Assembly (NCBI GenBank): GCA_030295235.1
Contig: AP026164.1
Span: 2,108,001 to 2,172,000, forward strand
DNA from: Fistulifera solaris
Lineage: Eukaryota
Direction: 5' to 3'
DNA: 64,000 nucleotides
The position numbers were made by a program, and so were the translations under genes. The first letter of the stretch is position 1, and the number at the start of each line of letters is the position of its first letter. Shown piece by piece: positions 48,898 through 59,821 of the stretch. The notes below the pieces were generated by a model. The model worked only from the letters and a program-made list of their open reading frames with translations, was not told the DNA's origin and made no database searches.

Positions 48898-51019
48898 CTA
48901 GAAGTTGTGTAATAGTCCGCTGCCTTCTAGCGGAAAGTAGGCATCTCTTAGATCAAGACAGGCCGCCAGTGCGTCTTCGCAGTCTTCTCTTTCAGGCAGC
49001 GCACCTTGCTCCACATCCCGATTGTAGTAGCCACGGAAACGAGACGATAATCCGTCTTTCAGTTCACTTGCTGTCAATTCAAGATGATGATATCGACGTG
49101 TTGTGTTCCCGAGTAGAGCCAAGACCGTCGGATTGCGAGGGGATGCAGATGATGAGCGAGATGACCAGATGTGTTGCCAATAGGAGCCCGCACCGTAGCC
49201 ACCGTTTGTAAGATCACCAAGACTCTGCTGGATAACACTTGCTGCCGTCTGTTGAGTTGCGAAACGTGGCCCAGTTCCCTCCATGAGACAAGTGAGATAT
49301 CGTGTTAACGACGTCGGCTCACCCGGCTGTTGCTTTTTTTCGACGAGAAGCGTCCAACGATGGCCGCAGAGCACCGAATGAAGCAAAGTGACGATGAAGT
49401 AATCGATCTTCATCAATGTTGGAGGGGGACAATGAGCTCAGTATTCCTCCGTGACTTGTTGACTGGACCCACATCCCAGGCAATTCGAAGGATGCGCTGC
49501 TATTGAAATTATTATGGCCACTGCGCATTCGCGCATCGCGTTCGATACCCGTGCCCGATAATAATAGAGACTCGAGAGATGTTGAAAGGTGGGTTGAGGG
49601 TAGGAGTGTGTCCAACTCCAGAATTATGTGCTGCGAAGAGGGGCGAAGCTGATGAAGGTATTCTCTAAATGAAAGTGAACTTGATGTTCCATAAGAAAGA
49701 CCACCTGCAAAGCTTCCGCTGTAATAGCTAGAATTCATTCCAATTAATGAAAGCTCAGGATTGTGACGGAGACGATAAGGCAAAGTAACCGATTCGAGAG
49801 AGGCCGCCAGCCAAGCGGTCTGATCGAACCGGCTAACCGACGTCGCACTTTGTATAGGAAGCCGCAATGGCAAGACCATTTGAGCAAGTTCGCGGTATTG
49901 TTGCATAGCTAGCCCCCTTTCAACTTGACCACGGACCTTGTGAATATTCCTGTTGTTCCAAGAAACGGCCTTTTCTTCGGTGGACGGCGTCGCATCCGGT
50001 TGATGACCAGGTTCCCGGTGAGCGTTTTCTTCGATCGACATCACCATTCGCTGAGCCATAGGACATTCATCTTGTAATTCTTGCAACATAGCTACAGTCA
50101 ATCCTGATGCCCAGCCGTAGGGGGCGGGCGTTGCGCTGGCTGGGGCATGGGCCATCGAGGCCGAAGAAGATGTCATGATCAAAACGCCTTGACACGCATC
50201 GCAGTCTTCTAAGGTCCTGCGTAGTTGCTCAAATAACGCATCATCTTTCCATTTATTGTTAATTCCAGCCAATCCATTCTGGTAAGTATCCCAAGCGGCA
50301 GCTACCGTTGAATCTTGGGGGAGAGGCAAACATGATCGAGGATCGTACGGTGGCATAAGGTAGTCCACCCATGCAATCGGCTCTTGTTGTTTTTGATCTT
50401 CCTTTACAGAGGTATCAGAAAGAGCCTTGGCCTCCTGATTGTTATGAGTTTGAAAAGCAGCTGACCGTTCTTCCATTTCCGATTGCAATGGCTGGAATGT
50501 GGAATCATACCATTCTTGTTGCTGCCGTTTTTCTTGACGTTGCCTTGCACGCGCAGCTTCTTCTTCATTTACAGAATTGTCCACTTCTTCGTCCCAATTG
50601 ACGTGTCTCCCACTAGAATTATACTTGTTTGGCTCTTCCGAATACCTTGCCGGAGCTTTGTAGCGTGAATAGGGAGCGTACGCGAGTGTTGCTGCCGTCT
50701 GGAAAAAGTGTAAAAACGAATCATTCTCCGGCTGGTTCACCCGTGAAGATTCCACGGTCTCTACCGTTCCACTCCAGACTAAACTATCCGCTGCTTCAGT
50801 GGCATGCCAAAACCGTTGTTGTTGTCGCACAAAAGCAGAGGGCCGATCAATGAAAATCGCTCGCGGCACGTAGTACTGCTGAAACGTACTGTGCGTCACT
50901 TGTGCCTCACAAGTATCGGACGTAGCCGCTAGACCTTGTAAGTTTTGCCAGTGTGCGGCGACTTCGCAGGCGGTAGACCCGACGGAAATATGGATCATCT
51001 CGCGGTGGCTGCGCGACAT
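48898..51019 (-). CDS. Misato/DML1 tubulin-like protein; frameshift near 49335
   Basis: N-terminal REMIHISVG..VAAHWQNLQ..PRAIFID and EQLRRTLEDCDACQG match Misato segment II and the tubulin-like domain. Confidence 0.7.
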
Positions 51020-51496
51020 TTCTTATTGATTTGTTTATCACTTTCACTATTATTTTCCTTGCTTACATAATTCACCGAATGCACGCTCGCATCTTTCACT
51101 CAAGTAACAACGTGACGATATTCTTTTCTATAATGTATATACAAGCGAAAGATCCTTAATTGTCCTGAAAAAGTAGCATAGGATCACGATGAATGGTTGT
51201 GAAAGAAAATCTCTTCGATGTTTTGACGTTGGTTTTTATTTGCGGCAGCGGTCCCGTCCGACGGATAGACACAGTGTTCACAATAACAGTAACCCGTATC
51301 CTTATAAGACAAAGCATTCCTTATCTACTAGCTATAGGCTCCTAAAAACAGCACAGTCAACAAAAAATTGAATCCATTTCCAAAAACCGGTCAAAAGGGA
51401 AAGGTCGCAGTTACATTTGTGCTGTCCTTAGTTCAACATAGCTTTAATTTCAACAGGCTTAGGATTCCACCAGGATTTGGTAGATGTCCTGGTATG

Positions 51497-52366
51497 TTAT
51501 GAATTTAAATCAAGTCCAGCATCACGCCCTCCTCGTAGCATCCATAGCACCATTTCATACGCACTAAAGCGACTACTTGACACTAGAAAAGCTCGTGCGA
51601 TGCTGGGCGAAACGCCCGAGAAGAGTCCTCTCACCCCTTTTCGTCCAATTAAGTCTCGAAAAACATCCATTGCTCTCAAAGGTTTGCCTAGATCACTTCT
51701 CCCTTGCACTCCGGCTCGTACACAATCCAATGGGAAACTCACTGTCCACGCAATCGCCCCAGAAAACCCTCCGGCGACGGGAATAGCCCAAGTACTCGTG
51801 TCCCCACTCGCTCGACTCATCAGTTCCTGTCGAAGGCCTTCGTACACAAAAAAGTAGGTTTGCAGAAATGTCATTTCGCGAAGTGTATTGATGCCATGCC
51901 CCGAGTATATCACACCGACACCGTGTTGTCGCGTGAGTTGCATAACGCAGTCCCTTGTCCCTCGAAATCGAAGCGCCGTGTCGACTTGCAATTGCGTCTT
52001 TAACAAGTTTTCGACCGTCGATACGGTTGCCGAAAAGGGCCCACACGTAGCTCCCGCCCAACCATTCCTCCAATCCCAGCCTCTTTGAGCTTGATAGCTT
52101 TGTTGAAAGTACGAATAGGCTGTGAAGGTAAACGTATTCAAGATTGTCAACGAAATCAGAGGAGGGATGACGCCTTTGTACATTTTTAAAATGCCTTCCG
52201 TTTGTAAAATAGAGCGACCGGTCGACAGTATGCCGCTCCTATGATGCTGCTGGCTCGTTTGCATTCGGGTCTTGATCAGATCTAAAGGAAATCCGATCAG
52301 AGTGCCCAGAATACCGGCTGCCAAGCCCCCCAAAGCTTCTTCCGTCATTCGAGTGGAAGTCATCAT
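51497..52366 (-). CDS. Mitochondrial carrier family protein (SLC25; carnitine/basic amino acid carrier-like)
   Basis: Three repeats with PLDLIKTRMQ, TVENLLKTQLQ and PLDCVRAGVQ signatures. Confidence 0.9.
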   Translation of the reverse strand: MMTSTRMTEEALGGLAAGILGTLIGFPLDLIKTRMQTSQQHHRSGILSTGRSILQTEGILKMYKGVIPPLISLTILNTFTFTAYSYFQQSYQAQRGWDWRNGWAGATCGPFSATVSTVENLLKTQLQVDTALRFRGTRDCVMQLTRQHGVGVIYSGHGINTLREMTFLQTYFFVYEGLRQELMSRASGDTSTWAIPVAGGFSGAIAWTVSFPLDCVRAGVQGRSDLGKPLRAMDVFRDLIGRKGVRGLFSGVSPSIARAFLVSSSRFSAYEMVLWMLRGGRDAGLDLNS

Positions 52367-52961
52367 TATTTACAGTGGCAATCGTTCCGTCAGGCTAGCT
52401 TGTGTACGAATAACGAAATAGGGACACAAAGTATTATCAACTTGTTGGTGACACTCGAGCACTTCATTATTTTGTTGACGATTTTTGTTTTTTCGCCATG
52501 ATTTTTTTTTTGCGTTCGTTTCTTTTTTCGCGTATGTGGCACGACCCACTACTCATGACTGACTTGGCATTCTCGTCGCGATTGCAAACGTCGAGGACGG
52601 TAAGAAAAAAAAAACAAAACGTCAAATTTGCATTCTGACTTGAGGAAATTAGGAATTAGGAATAAATATCAGTATAGTTATTGTGCTTGGTATTGGAAGC
52701 GTGTTGGCGCGACAATCAGATCAGTCATAATAAACCAACTGCACAATTTTTGATATTGACTAGAATGAAGTAGCCACCGCAAGTTAGTATTTTTTGACGT
52801 AAGGTACGTAGTATGGATAAGGATTTCTGTGATCTCTCACTCGAACCTGGTTCAGTCCCGGACAAGGCGGGGGCTAAGTCCTATTGATGTTGGTTGGAAG
52901 TAAAATTTAAAGGCATCGAAGTTTTTATTAAGTTACTTGAAATAAACTTTGAGCGGATCCA

Positions 52962-54362
52962 TTAATGTACGCACGTTACCAAACCCAGCAAAAACCGTAC
53001 GAACACTTTTTTCTTGCAGCACTCGGACGACTGCTGACATTTTGAGAAAGTGGCTTTGCATTGAGAAGGTGGCTGGACGGGTGCTGCTACCGGAGTTGCT
53101 ACAGGGGCTGGAACTGGTGCGGCCACGGGAGCCGCTTTGGTGGATCCAATATTCTGCGTGCTCAAAAGACGGTTGGGTGTGCCAGGTCCCGAGTCGTTAA
53201 TCATTCCACTGATCGCATCCGCTTGCATAGCATTCCAGACTTGGTGTGCTGACCAGGTCGGGTTGGCTTCCAAATACAAAGCAGCGACTCCGGCAACATG
53301 AGGTGTCGCCATGCTCGTTCCCGACATTAGGCCGACGCGATTCCCGGGCAACGTCGATTCGATGGCTTCCCCCGGAGCAAAGATATCGACACAAGAACCG
53401 TAATTCGAAAAACCACTGCGGATGTCGTTGTGGTTTGAAGACGCGACAGTCACTACACCTTTAGCCGAAGCAGGAGAATTCCAGCAGGCGTTGCTATTAC
53501 TATTTCCGGCGGCCACGGCGAAGAAAACTCCCGCGTTGGCGATGTTTTCAACGATGTTGTTCAACGCCCGGCTGTATGCACCTCCGAGGGACATATTGGC
53601 AACCATCGGTTGTCTTGGATTATTCTTTTTCTGCTGGTAGACGTAATCGAGCCCCGACAGAAGACCTGATGTGCTTCCCCTTCCATCTGGACCCATTACG
53701 CGCACAGCCACAAGTTCCACGTCCTTCGCCACACCGTACTTAGATCCTCCTATGGTTCCAGCTACGTGTGTTCCGTGTCCTTGCTCATCAATACAATTGC
53801 TATAAGCCGTGTACCCACACGACGGGTTTCGCAAATCACTATGGGGGTCAATACCAGTGTCAATCACAAACGCCTTCACGCCTTTTCCAGTATACTGATA
53901 CGTGTAGCTGTTATCAAGTGGAAGAGAAGCATCATCCAAGCGGTCCAGTCCCCAAGTCGGATAACCCTGTTCCATACGAGTATCAATAAATTGGTCCTGT
54001 AAAGCAATGATGAGATCGGAATCTTTGTGTGCCTTGATGATTACAAACAGTTTGCGACTTACCTCTTCGACAAACACAACATCAGGGTCCTCCAGCAAGT
54101 CAGAAAGCTGGCGTTCTGACACTTTTCCTAGTGATACACCGTGAAACGTTTCTTCTTCATAGGTAAAATTGATCTCGCAGTTTGGTAACTTCGTCTTCAG
54201 CGCCGAAACTTTGCTTTTTACATCGACACTCTCATGGAGCACGACAATGTACTGTTCATCAATACGGTTTTCGGCCAGCGTCCTTTCCAACTTTCGATGA
54301 CGCAAAGATGCAGAAGCCACGGATTGGGCTCCAAGGAGTAGAAGTAAGGCAGCTTTCATCAT
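52962..54362 (-). CDS. Secreted subtilisin-like serine protease (S8, proteinase K/aqualysin type) with an I9 prodomain and a PVAA-rich/Cys tail
   Basis: Catalytic triad motifs VIDTG, HGTHVAG and SGTSMATPHVAG; signal peptide; in-frame intron 53997-54062. Confidence 0.95.
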   Translation of the reverse strand: MMKAALLLLLGAQSVASASLRHRKLERTLAENRIDEQYIVVLHESVDVKSKVSALKTKLPNCEINFTYEEETFHGVSLGKVSERQLSDLLEDPDVVFVEEVSRKLFVIIKAHKDSDLIIALQDQFIDTRMEQGYPTWGLDRLDDASLPLDNSYTYQYTGKGVKAFVIDTGIDPHSDLRNPSCGYTAYSNCIDEQGHGTHVAGTIGGSKYGVAKDVELVAVRVMGPDGRGSTSGLLSGLDYVYQQKKNNPRQPMVANMSLGGAYSRALNNIVENIANAGVFFAVAAGNSNSNACWNSPASAKGVVTVASSNHNDIRSGFSNYGSCVDIFAPGEAIESTLPGNRVGLMSGTSMATPHVAGVAALYLEANPTWSAHQVWNAMQADAISGMINDSGPGTPNRLLSTQNIGSTKAAPVAAPVPAPVATPVAAPVQPPSQCKATFSKCQQSSECCKKKVFVRFLLGLVTCVH

Positions 54363-55616
54363 GGTTGCAACAATCGAAAATTTATGAGATGATTTGTTTG
54401 CAATGGAAAAATGACATTTGACCTTCCCGACAAATTTAGATCTTAGGAAGGAGTTGCGGGTCTAGTCTTTTTTGCCTCCGATCATTGAGGCGATCCTATT
54501 TGTCTTGGTGGCATGAAGTTGTAGTGACATTGTTGGAATAGAAAAAATGTCGATCCGTGTTTCCTTCGTTTTGGTCATGCGAACGACGTAATCCGGTCCA
54601 ATCAAGGGTTCTCATGGGTTCACTGCGATCCAATCACGTGTAACCCTTTCATACTTGACTGCCGAGTAGTGTTGATAATAGAAATATCCAATCCGGTCCT
54701 CGTTTCATATCGAGTGGTTCGGCTATTACGGACAAACCAGACATTCGATGGTGCTTGCACCTCACACGGACCGCCAACTGCGTATGTTGTGTGTAACTCC
54801 GCTCCCGACATGAGTGGAAAGCCACGGGTCCGCCTAGAGTCGGGACAGGGAACGGCATTTCAAAGAATAGTGCGCACATGTGCTGTAACAAAGTTGTCCA
54901 AGTGGTCCAGCTTTTTTTCTTCTTTCAATCCAGGAAAAGCAATCCGATACGTTAGGGGGTTCAATGCGGCTTGGGATCATGAAGTTGTTTCCATCGATCT
55001 TCGAGGCTGACAAAGTGCCGCAGCGGAGTAAAAAACGTATCGTTAGTCCGACAGCGTCGCACACAAGCTCGCTCTTGGAGCTTACCAAAGATAGTTTTTA
55101 GACATCGGCTTGACTAGCGACGACCAGCGGCTTCTTTTTTAAACTTAAACGTCATGGCTGAGAAGGAACCTGGTCTATGCAGCGGAACAATCATTTCGAA
55201 CAAGCAAGCAGAGACAAGAATATATCCGAACCTGTGCCTATACCATTGCCGCAAAGGGAAGAAAGAAAAAACAAGCTTATTGTCGACACAATTTACTTAA
55301 GCTCTCAATTCACCCTAGTGTGATCTATAATGTATGAAATAAATAGTTTTGACGTTTTAAGATGTTCTTGTTTAATCGTCTAAACATCCTCTTCCGAATA
55401 CTTAGTACTTTATAGAAGTAAATGGAAGAATAATTAGAGGTTAATGCGCGCTCGCATTCTAAAAACTCGCCAAATCGAAGTCCGCGCCCAAGCACGGCGA
55501 TCATCACTTTTTCTCCTGCAGTTGTTCCATTCATTCGGCTGCCATCACCTTTCTCATTGTGACTACTTCGACACTTTCTTTCGTTTTTCATTGTATTCGA
55601 GTTCAGCTTTTTGAAG

Positions 55617-57441
55617 ATGCGTGCACGTAACAAAAACTCCGATCTCGAAGCTGCCAGCGCTATCGTCAATGGTTTGCACAACGAATCCGTTGCCTTTTCC
55701 CACCGCCTCGACACGCTCACCATGAACATTTCAAGTCTTATGAAAAAGCGTCTCGAGGTATGTACGATTGCGTCGACATTTTTCTCTCCGTGATTTATTC
55801 TAACCTCTTGTATCCAGGAAAGTAAGCAAAAGATTCTCTCCAGCAGCGGAACGAAGCGAACGCACCCTGGGATGAAGCCGACTGACAGGTCCTCCATCGT
55901 TCGCTCTCCGGTCTATAAGAAGCAAAAGGCTACCACGCCCTGTGAATCGTTGAGTGAGAGTGAAGATTTCGATTCTTTTGTTAAAAGAATCAAGGCCATG
56001 AGAAAGGCGGAGCTTGTGGCTGCTCTTGAAAGCCGGGGGCTTTGCTCGATCGGAAAGAAAGACGACTTAGTCAACCGGCTTGTCGACGATTTTCTGACAC
56101 ACCAGACACAATCAAAGCAAGCAAAAATGTCAAGCGACCCGGCTACTAAGGTGTCTGATGGACACGATCCAGTTCAATCTGTGATGAATCGCAAGGACAG
56201 CACCATCATGACTGATGTCAAAGTTGTGGAGCATCCCATGCTTGAAATCTCGAGTCCGAATATAAAAAGGCAGGGTATTCCGGAAAAGAAACCTGTTTCT
56301 GTATTAAAGCAAATGTTTGAGTCGAAGGCATACAAGGCAAACTTGAAGGAGACCGCTATGGAAGATGCAAAGGAAAATTCGCCAACCCAACTCGAGAAGG
56401 ACATCAAGGAGCCAAAATCACCAATCAGAACCTTCAAGGCAGCCATGAACACGGCGCTTTCGGTACTGTCAATAGAAAAGCATCGTGTCATTTCCTCCAG
56501 CCCCAAAAGTGCAGATGCATCTCGGCCCTTATCCCCTAAGTTCCAACATTCCACTTTATCTCGAGAGCCCCAGCAAGACGCAATCGGATCGCATGGCAGA
56601 ATACCAGTTGGATACTTAAGTGCCTCTAAAGTCGGGTCGGTTTCTGCCTTGAATGCTTTCAAAGCATCCAAGACCTCCTACCTACAGGCTGGACAAGCCA
56701 GGATGGCCTTCAATTTTGAAAAGCAAAGGGAAATGCGAGAGCAGGTACGTGCATGATTAATCGTTTCAAAAATCAGACTTGTCTTTCTGGTTCTTTTGGT
56801 TTTCTTACCGACTTTTCACTCCTCGTTACTCTTTCCAGAGCAAACCGATTCCGTCAAAGTCTCTTTATACTCCAACACAATTGCCTGCGCTGTCGTCTGC
56901 CCCTGATACCGAACACGACATGAAGCGCAAACAAAAGCTTGCCGAGATTCGAGCAGCTGCTGCAGAGAAGACGCTGAAACCCGGCCCGGTCTTGGACGCG
57001 TATAAGGCACAGAAGGAATTGGCATCGCAGGCACTGGCAAACTCCGCTGTCAAAGTAGTTTCCTCTCAAAAGTCGACTTTCAGATCGCTCCTAGCTTCTC
57101 CTGATGCCTCTTGTCAGTATGAGATTTCTGACAAAGAGGACACCGATTCGGAGAGTGAATCGGACGACGAGTGCAACAAGAACTTGAAGAAAATCCCGGC
57201 GTGGGCAGGGTCTCAAAAACTCCAAGAAAAGCTGAAAAAGCAATTACAGCCAGGTGGTATTGATCCAGATGAGATTTTCGGCGAAGTAGAAACGTGCGAC
57301 TTGGTAGCCATCTTTGATAACCCACGAACGCGGTTCAAGAAGCGAACAAGCTCGGGTAATTGGGGAAAAGATCGTGCTACAATGGCTGAGAAACTCGCCT
57401 ACAAGCGACGAATGCAATATAGCACCGTTACTATCGCTTAA
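55617..57441 (+). CDS. INCENP-like chromosomal passenger protein (C-terminal IN-box) with an SAP-like motif, three exons; start uncertain
   Basis: IN-box IPAWA..DPDEIFG..CDLVAIF..RFKKRTSSGNW; SAP-like MRKAELVAALESRGLCSIGKKDDLVNRL. Introns 55758-55817 and 56745-56838 keep the frame. Confidence 0.78.
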
Positions 57442-57792
57442 TTCTGTTTACGTTAGCTAACAGAGATTTAATTCTAGATGATTCATTAATTATTTCGTTA
57501 CCTGGTACTCTAGAGAGACTTGACTCAAGCAGCTACCTGACCTTCGTAGTGGAGGAAACCTTGAGATGAAACGCAAGAGTGAAACGTACCTGGTAGAACT
57601 TACTATGTACTCCGGAATTCACGAGTGGTGACCGGTCTTGCCGTGAACCGCAAAAGTGTCAATTCTCGTCTCTCGTCGTGTAACGAAAATCCGTTTTCGG
57701 AAACCCGCTGTTGCTTTCATTCGGATCCTTTTCATCGATTTATGTGTTTTTAAAGACAGTATACATCAGTAAAGCATCTGTGTAATAATAGC

Positions 57793-58998
57793 ATGTCATT
57801 TGGAAAACTCGAGTCGGCTAAAAGCAAGTCGAAATCGGACGACGATATCGTTATCGTAGCTGCTCTGCGAACACCCCTCATCCGTTCTCGTAAAGGCGCT
57901 TTCGTGGGCGTACCTGCATCGTCACTCCTGCAGACTGTCCTCGAAGGAGTCTTGAAACAAACTGGAATCTCAGGCACCGATATTGATGATATTTGTGTGG
58001 GTAACTGCTTGCTTCCAGCGGCTGGTTACGGACCACTCCGGATGGCCCAGATCGTTGCGGGCATTCCCGAAACAACTAGTCTACATACCGTGAATCGACA
58101 ATGCTCTTCGGGTCTTCAGTCAATCTCGATAATTGCTAATGCTATTCGATCCGGACAAATTAAAATTGGGATCGGTGCAGGGCTTGAATCAATGAGTCAA
58201 AATCCTATGAACAAAATGGAAATGGTTCCGGTAGACTGGGAAGCCATGCAGCAATCTCGAACGGCAATGGATTGCTTGATACCAATGGGTATCACGAGTG
58301 ATACCGTAGTGAAAACTTACGGGCTCGAGCGGCACGTGCTGGATGAATTCGCCGCCGAATCGCATCGAAAAGCAGCTGCCGCCCAAGCTGCTGGAAAATT
58401 TGACAGCGAAATAGTCCCCGTCATGACACCGAGCGGTGTCGTGGATCGAGACGATGGTATTCGATCGGGAACGACGGCTCAAGTTTTGTCGCAATTGAAG
58501 CCGGTTTTTACTCCTTCTGGGGCAACAACAGCTGGAAATAGCTCGCAGACTACGGATGGCGCCGCTGCTGTGGTTTTGATGACGCGTGGCGAAGCCAAGA
58601 AACGAGGCACTCCCATTTTAGGAGTGTGGCATGGATTTTGTACTGCGGGTGTGCCTCCGTGTATTATGGGCATCGGTCCTGCCGTTGCGATTCCCAAGGT
58701 GTTAGAGTACACTGGCTTGAGTAAGGACGATATCGATGTGTACGAGATAAATGAGGCTTTTGCAAGCCAAGCGAAATGGTGTATCACCGAACTAGGTTTG
58801 GACGAAAGTAAAGTCAATCCTCTGGGGGGAGCAATCGCTTTGGGTCATCCTCTTGGTTGCACTGGGGCTCGTCTGATTGCTACTCTTCTTCCGGAACTAC
58901 GACGTCGCAAAGGTCGTTTTGGCGTCGCCAGCATGTGTGTCGGCACTGGAATGGGAGCGGCAGCTGTAGTTGAGGTCGAAGCACACTCCGCTTTGTGA
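57793..58998 (+). CDS. 3-ketoacyl-CoA thiolase, peroxisomal type
   Basis: VNRQCSSGL, EINEAFASQ, GGAIALGHPLGCTG and SMCVGTGMG motifs; ends in SAL. Confidence 0.95.
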   Translation: MSFGKLESAKSKSKSDDDIVIVAALRTPLIRSRKGAFVGVPASSLLQTVLEGVLKQTGISGTDIDDICVGNCLLPAAGYGPLRMAQIVAGIPETTSLHTVNRQCSSGLQSISIIANAIRSGQIKIGIGAGLESMSQNPMNKMEMVPVDWEAMQQSRTAMDCLIPMGITSDTVVKTYGLERHVLDEFAAESHRKAAAAQAAGKFDSEIVPVMTPSGVVDRDDGIRSGTTAQVLSQLKPVFTPSGATTAGNSSQTTDGAAAVVLMTRGEAKKRGTPILGVWHGFCTAGVPPCIMGIGPAVAIPKVLEYTGLSKDDIDVYEINEAFASQAKWCITELGLDESKVNPLGGAIALGHPLGCTGARLIATLLPELRRRKGRFGVASMCVGTGMGAAAVVEVEAHSAL

Positions 58999-59821
58999 AA
59001 ATGAGGCGCAATGAGCAATCAAATGTTAATTGAGACGGGCAGTAACCTGTGATGGTAAATCTCTTGAAATGAACCTCTTGCGCTTAGTCGAAATGGGTCG
59101 TACAACTCGCTTATGGAATTGTGGCTCTATCTTACTAGTAAATGAAAATGGCTACATGGATCATAGTTTGTCGGTCGTTGCCGACTGCGGACCTAGCATT
59201 AAATACGTATTGCTTTGTGAACACAATGACTGAAACCAAGAGCTCATTCATCACACCATCTTGTCCTGCATCATCAACCTGCAGTACTTCAACGATCCAT
59301 AATGTGAAACAAAAAATCATTTTGGTTTAAGGATAATTGCTACATGAAATGTCTATAGTAGATCGCAATGCTATGAACCTATGTCTTCCTGCTAGAACCT
59401 TTAACTTACAACTATTGCCCGCAAGCCCATAGAGATTTCGGTACCACAAAATGACCCTAGCCTTCTCCACTGTGCAACATCCTGTGCTCTCTGGCGTATA
59501 CTCGAGCCTTTCCTGTCCGGCGCAAGCATCCATAAAGTCCTCCTGGGCTTGGTCATAAAGTCATCGAATTGCTATAGACGAGATAAGAAGAACAGTCTGG
59601 GCTTTTTTTCCATATGGAGGGGAGCTGGAATGAATCTTGGTCTTACACGGGGCCACACAGAATGACACACTACGACGAGCACCAGCTAAAGTTCTTCAAT
59701 TCCTCATCATCGACACCGAACTTAATTGAATCATCATAATTCATTCCTTGCTGTACTGCAAGCCCATTTCCCGAATAGACGAAATAGGCTATTCGTCTAC
59801 AATCAAAAAAGTTCATAAATT

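Noticed and set aside
54400..55600. Short ORFs between the subtilisin and INCENP-like genes
   Set aside because: No motifs or consistent exon structure; treated as divergent-promoter intergenic DNA.
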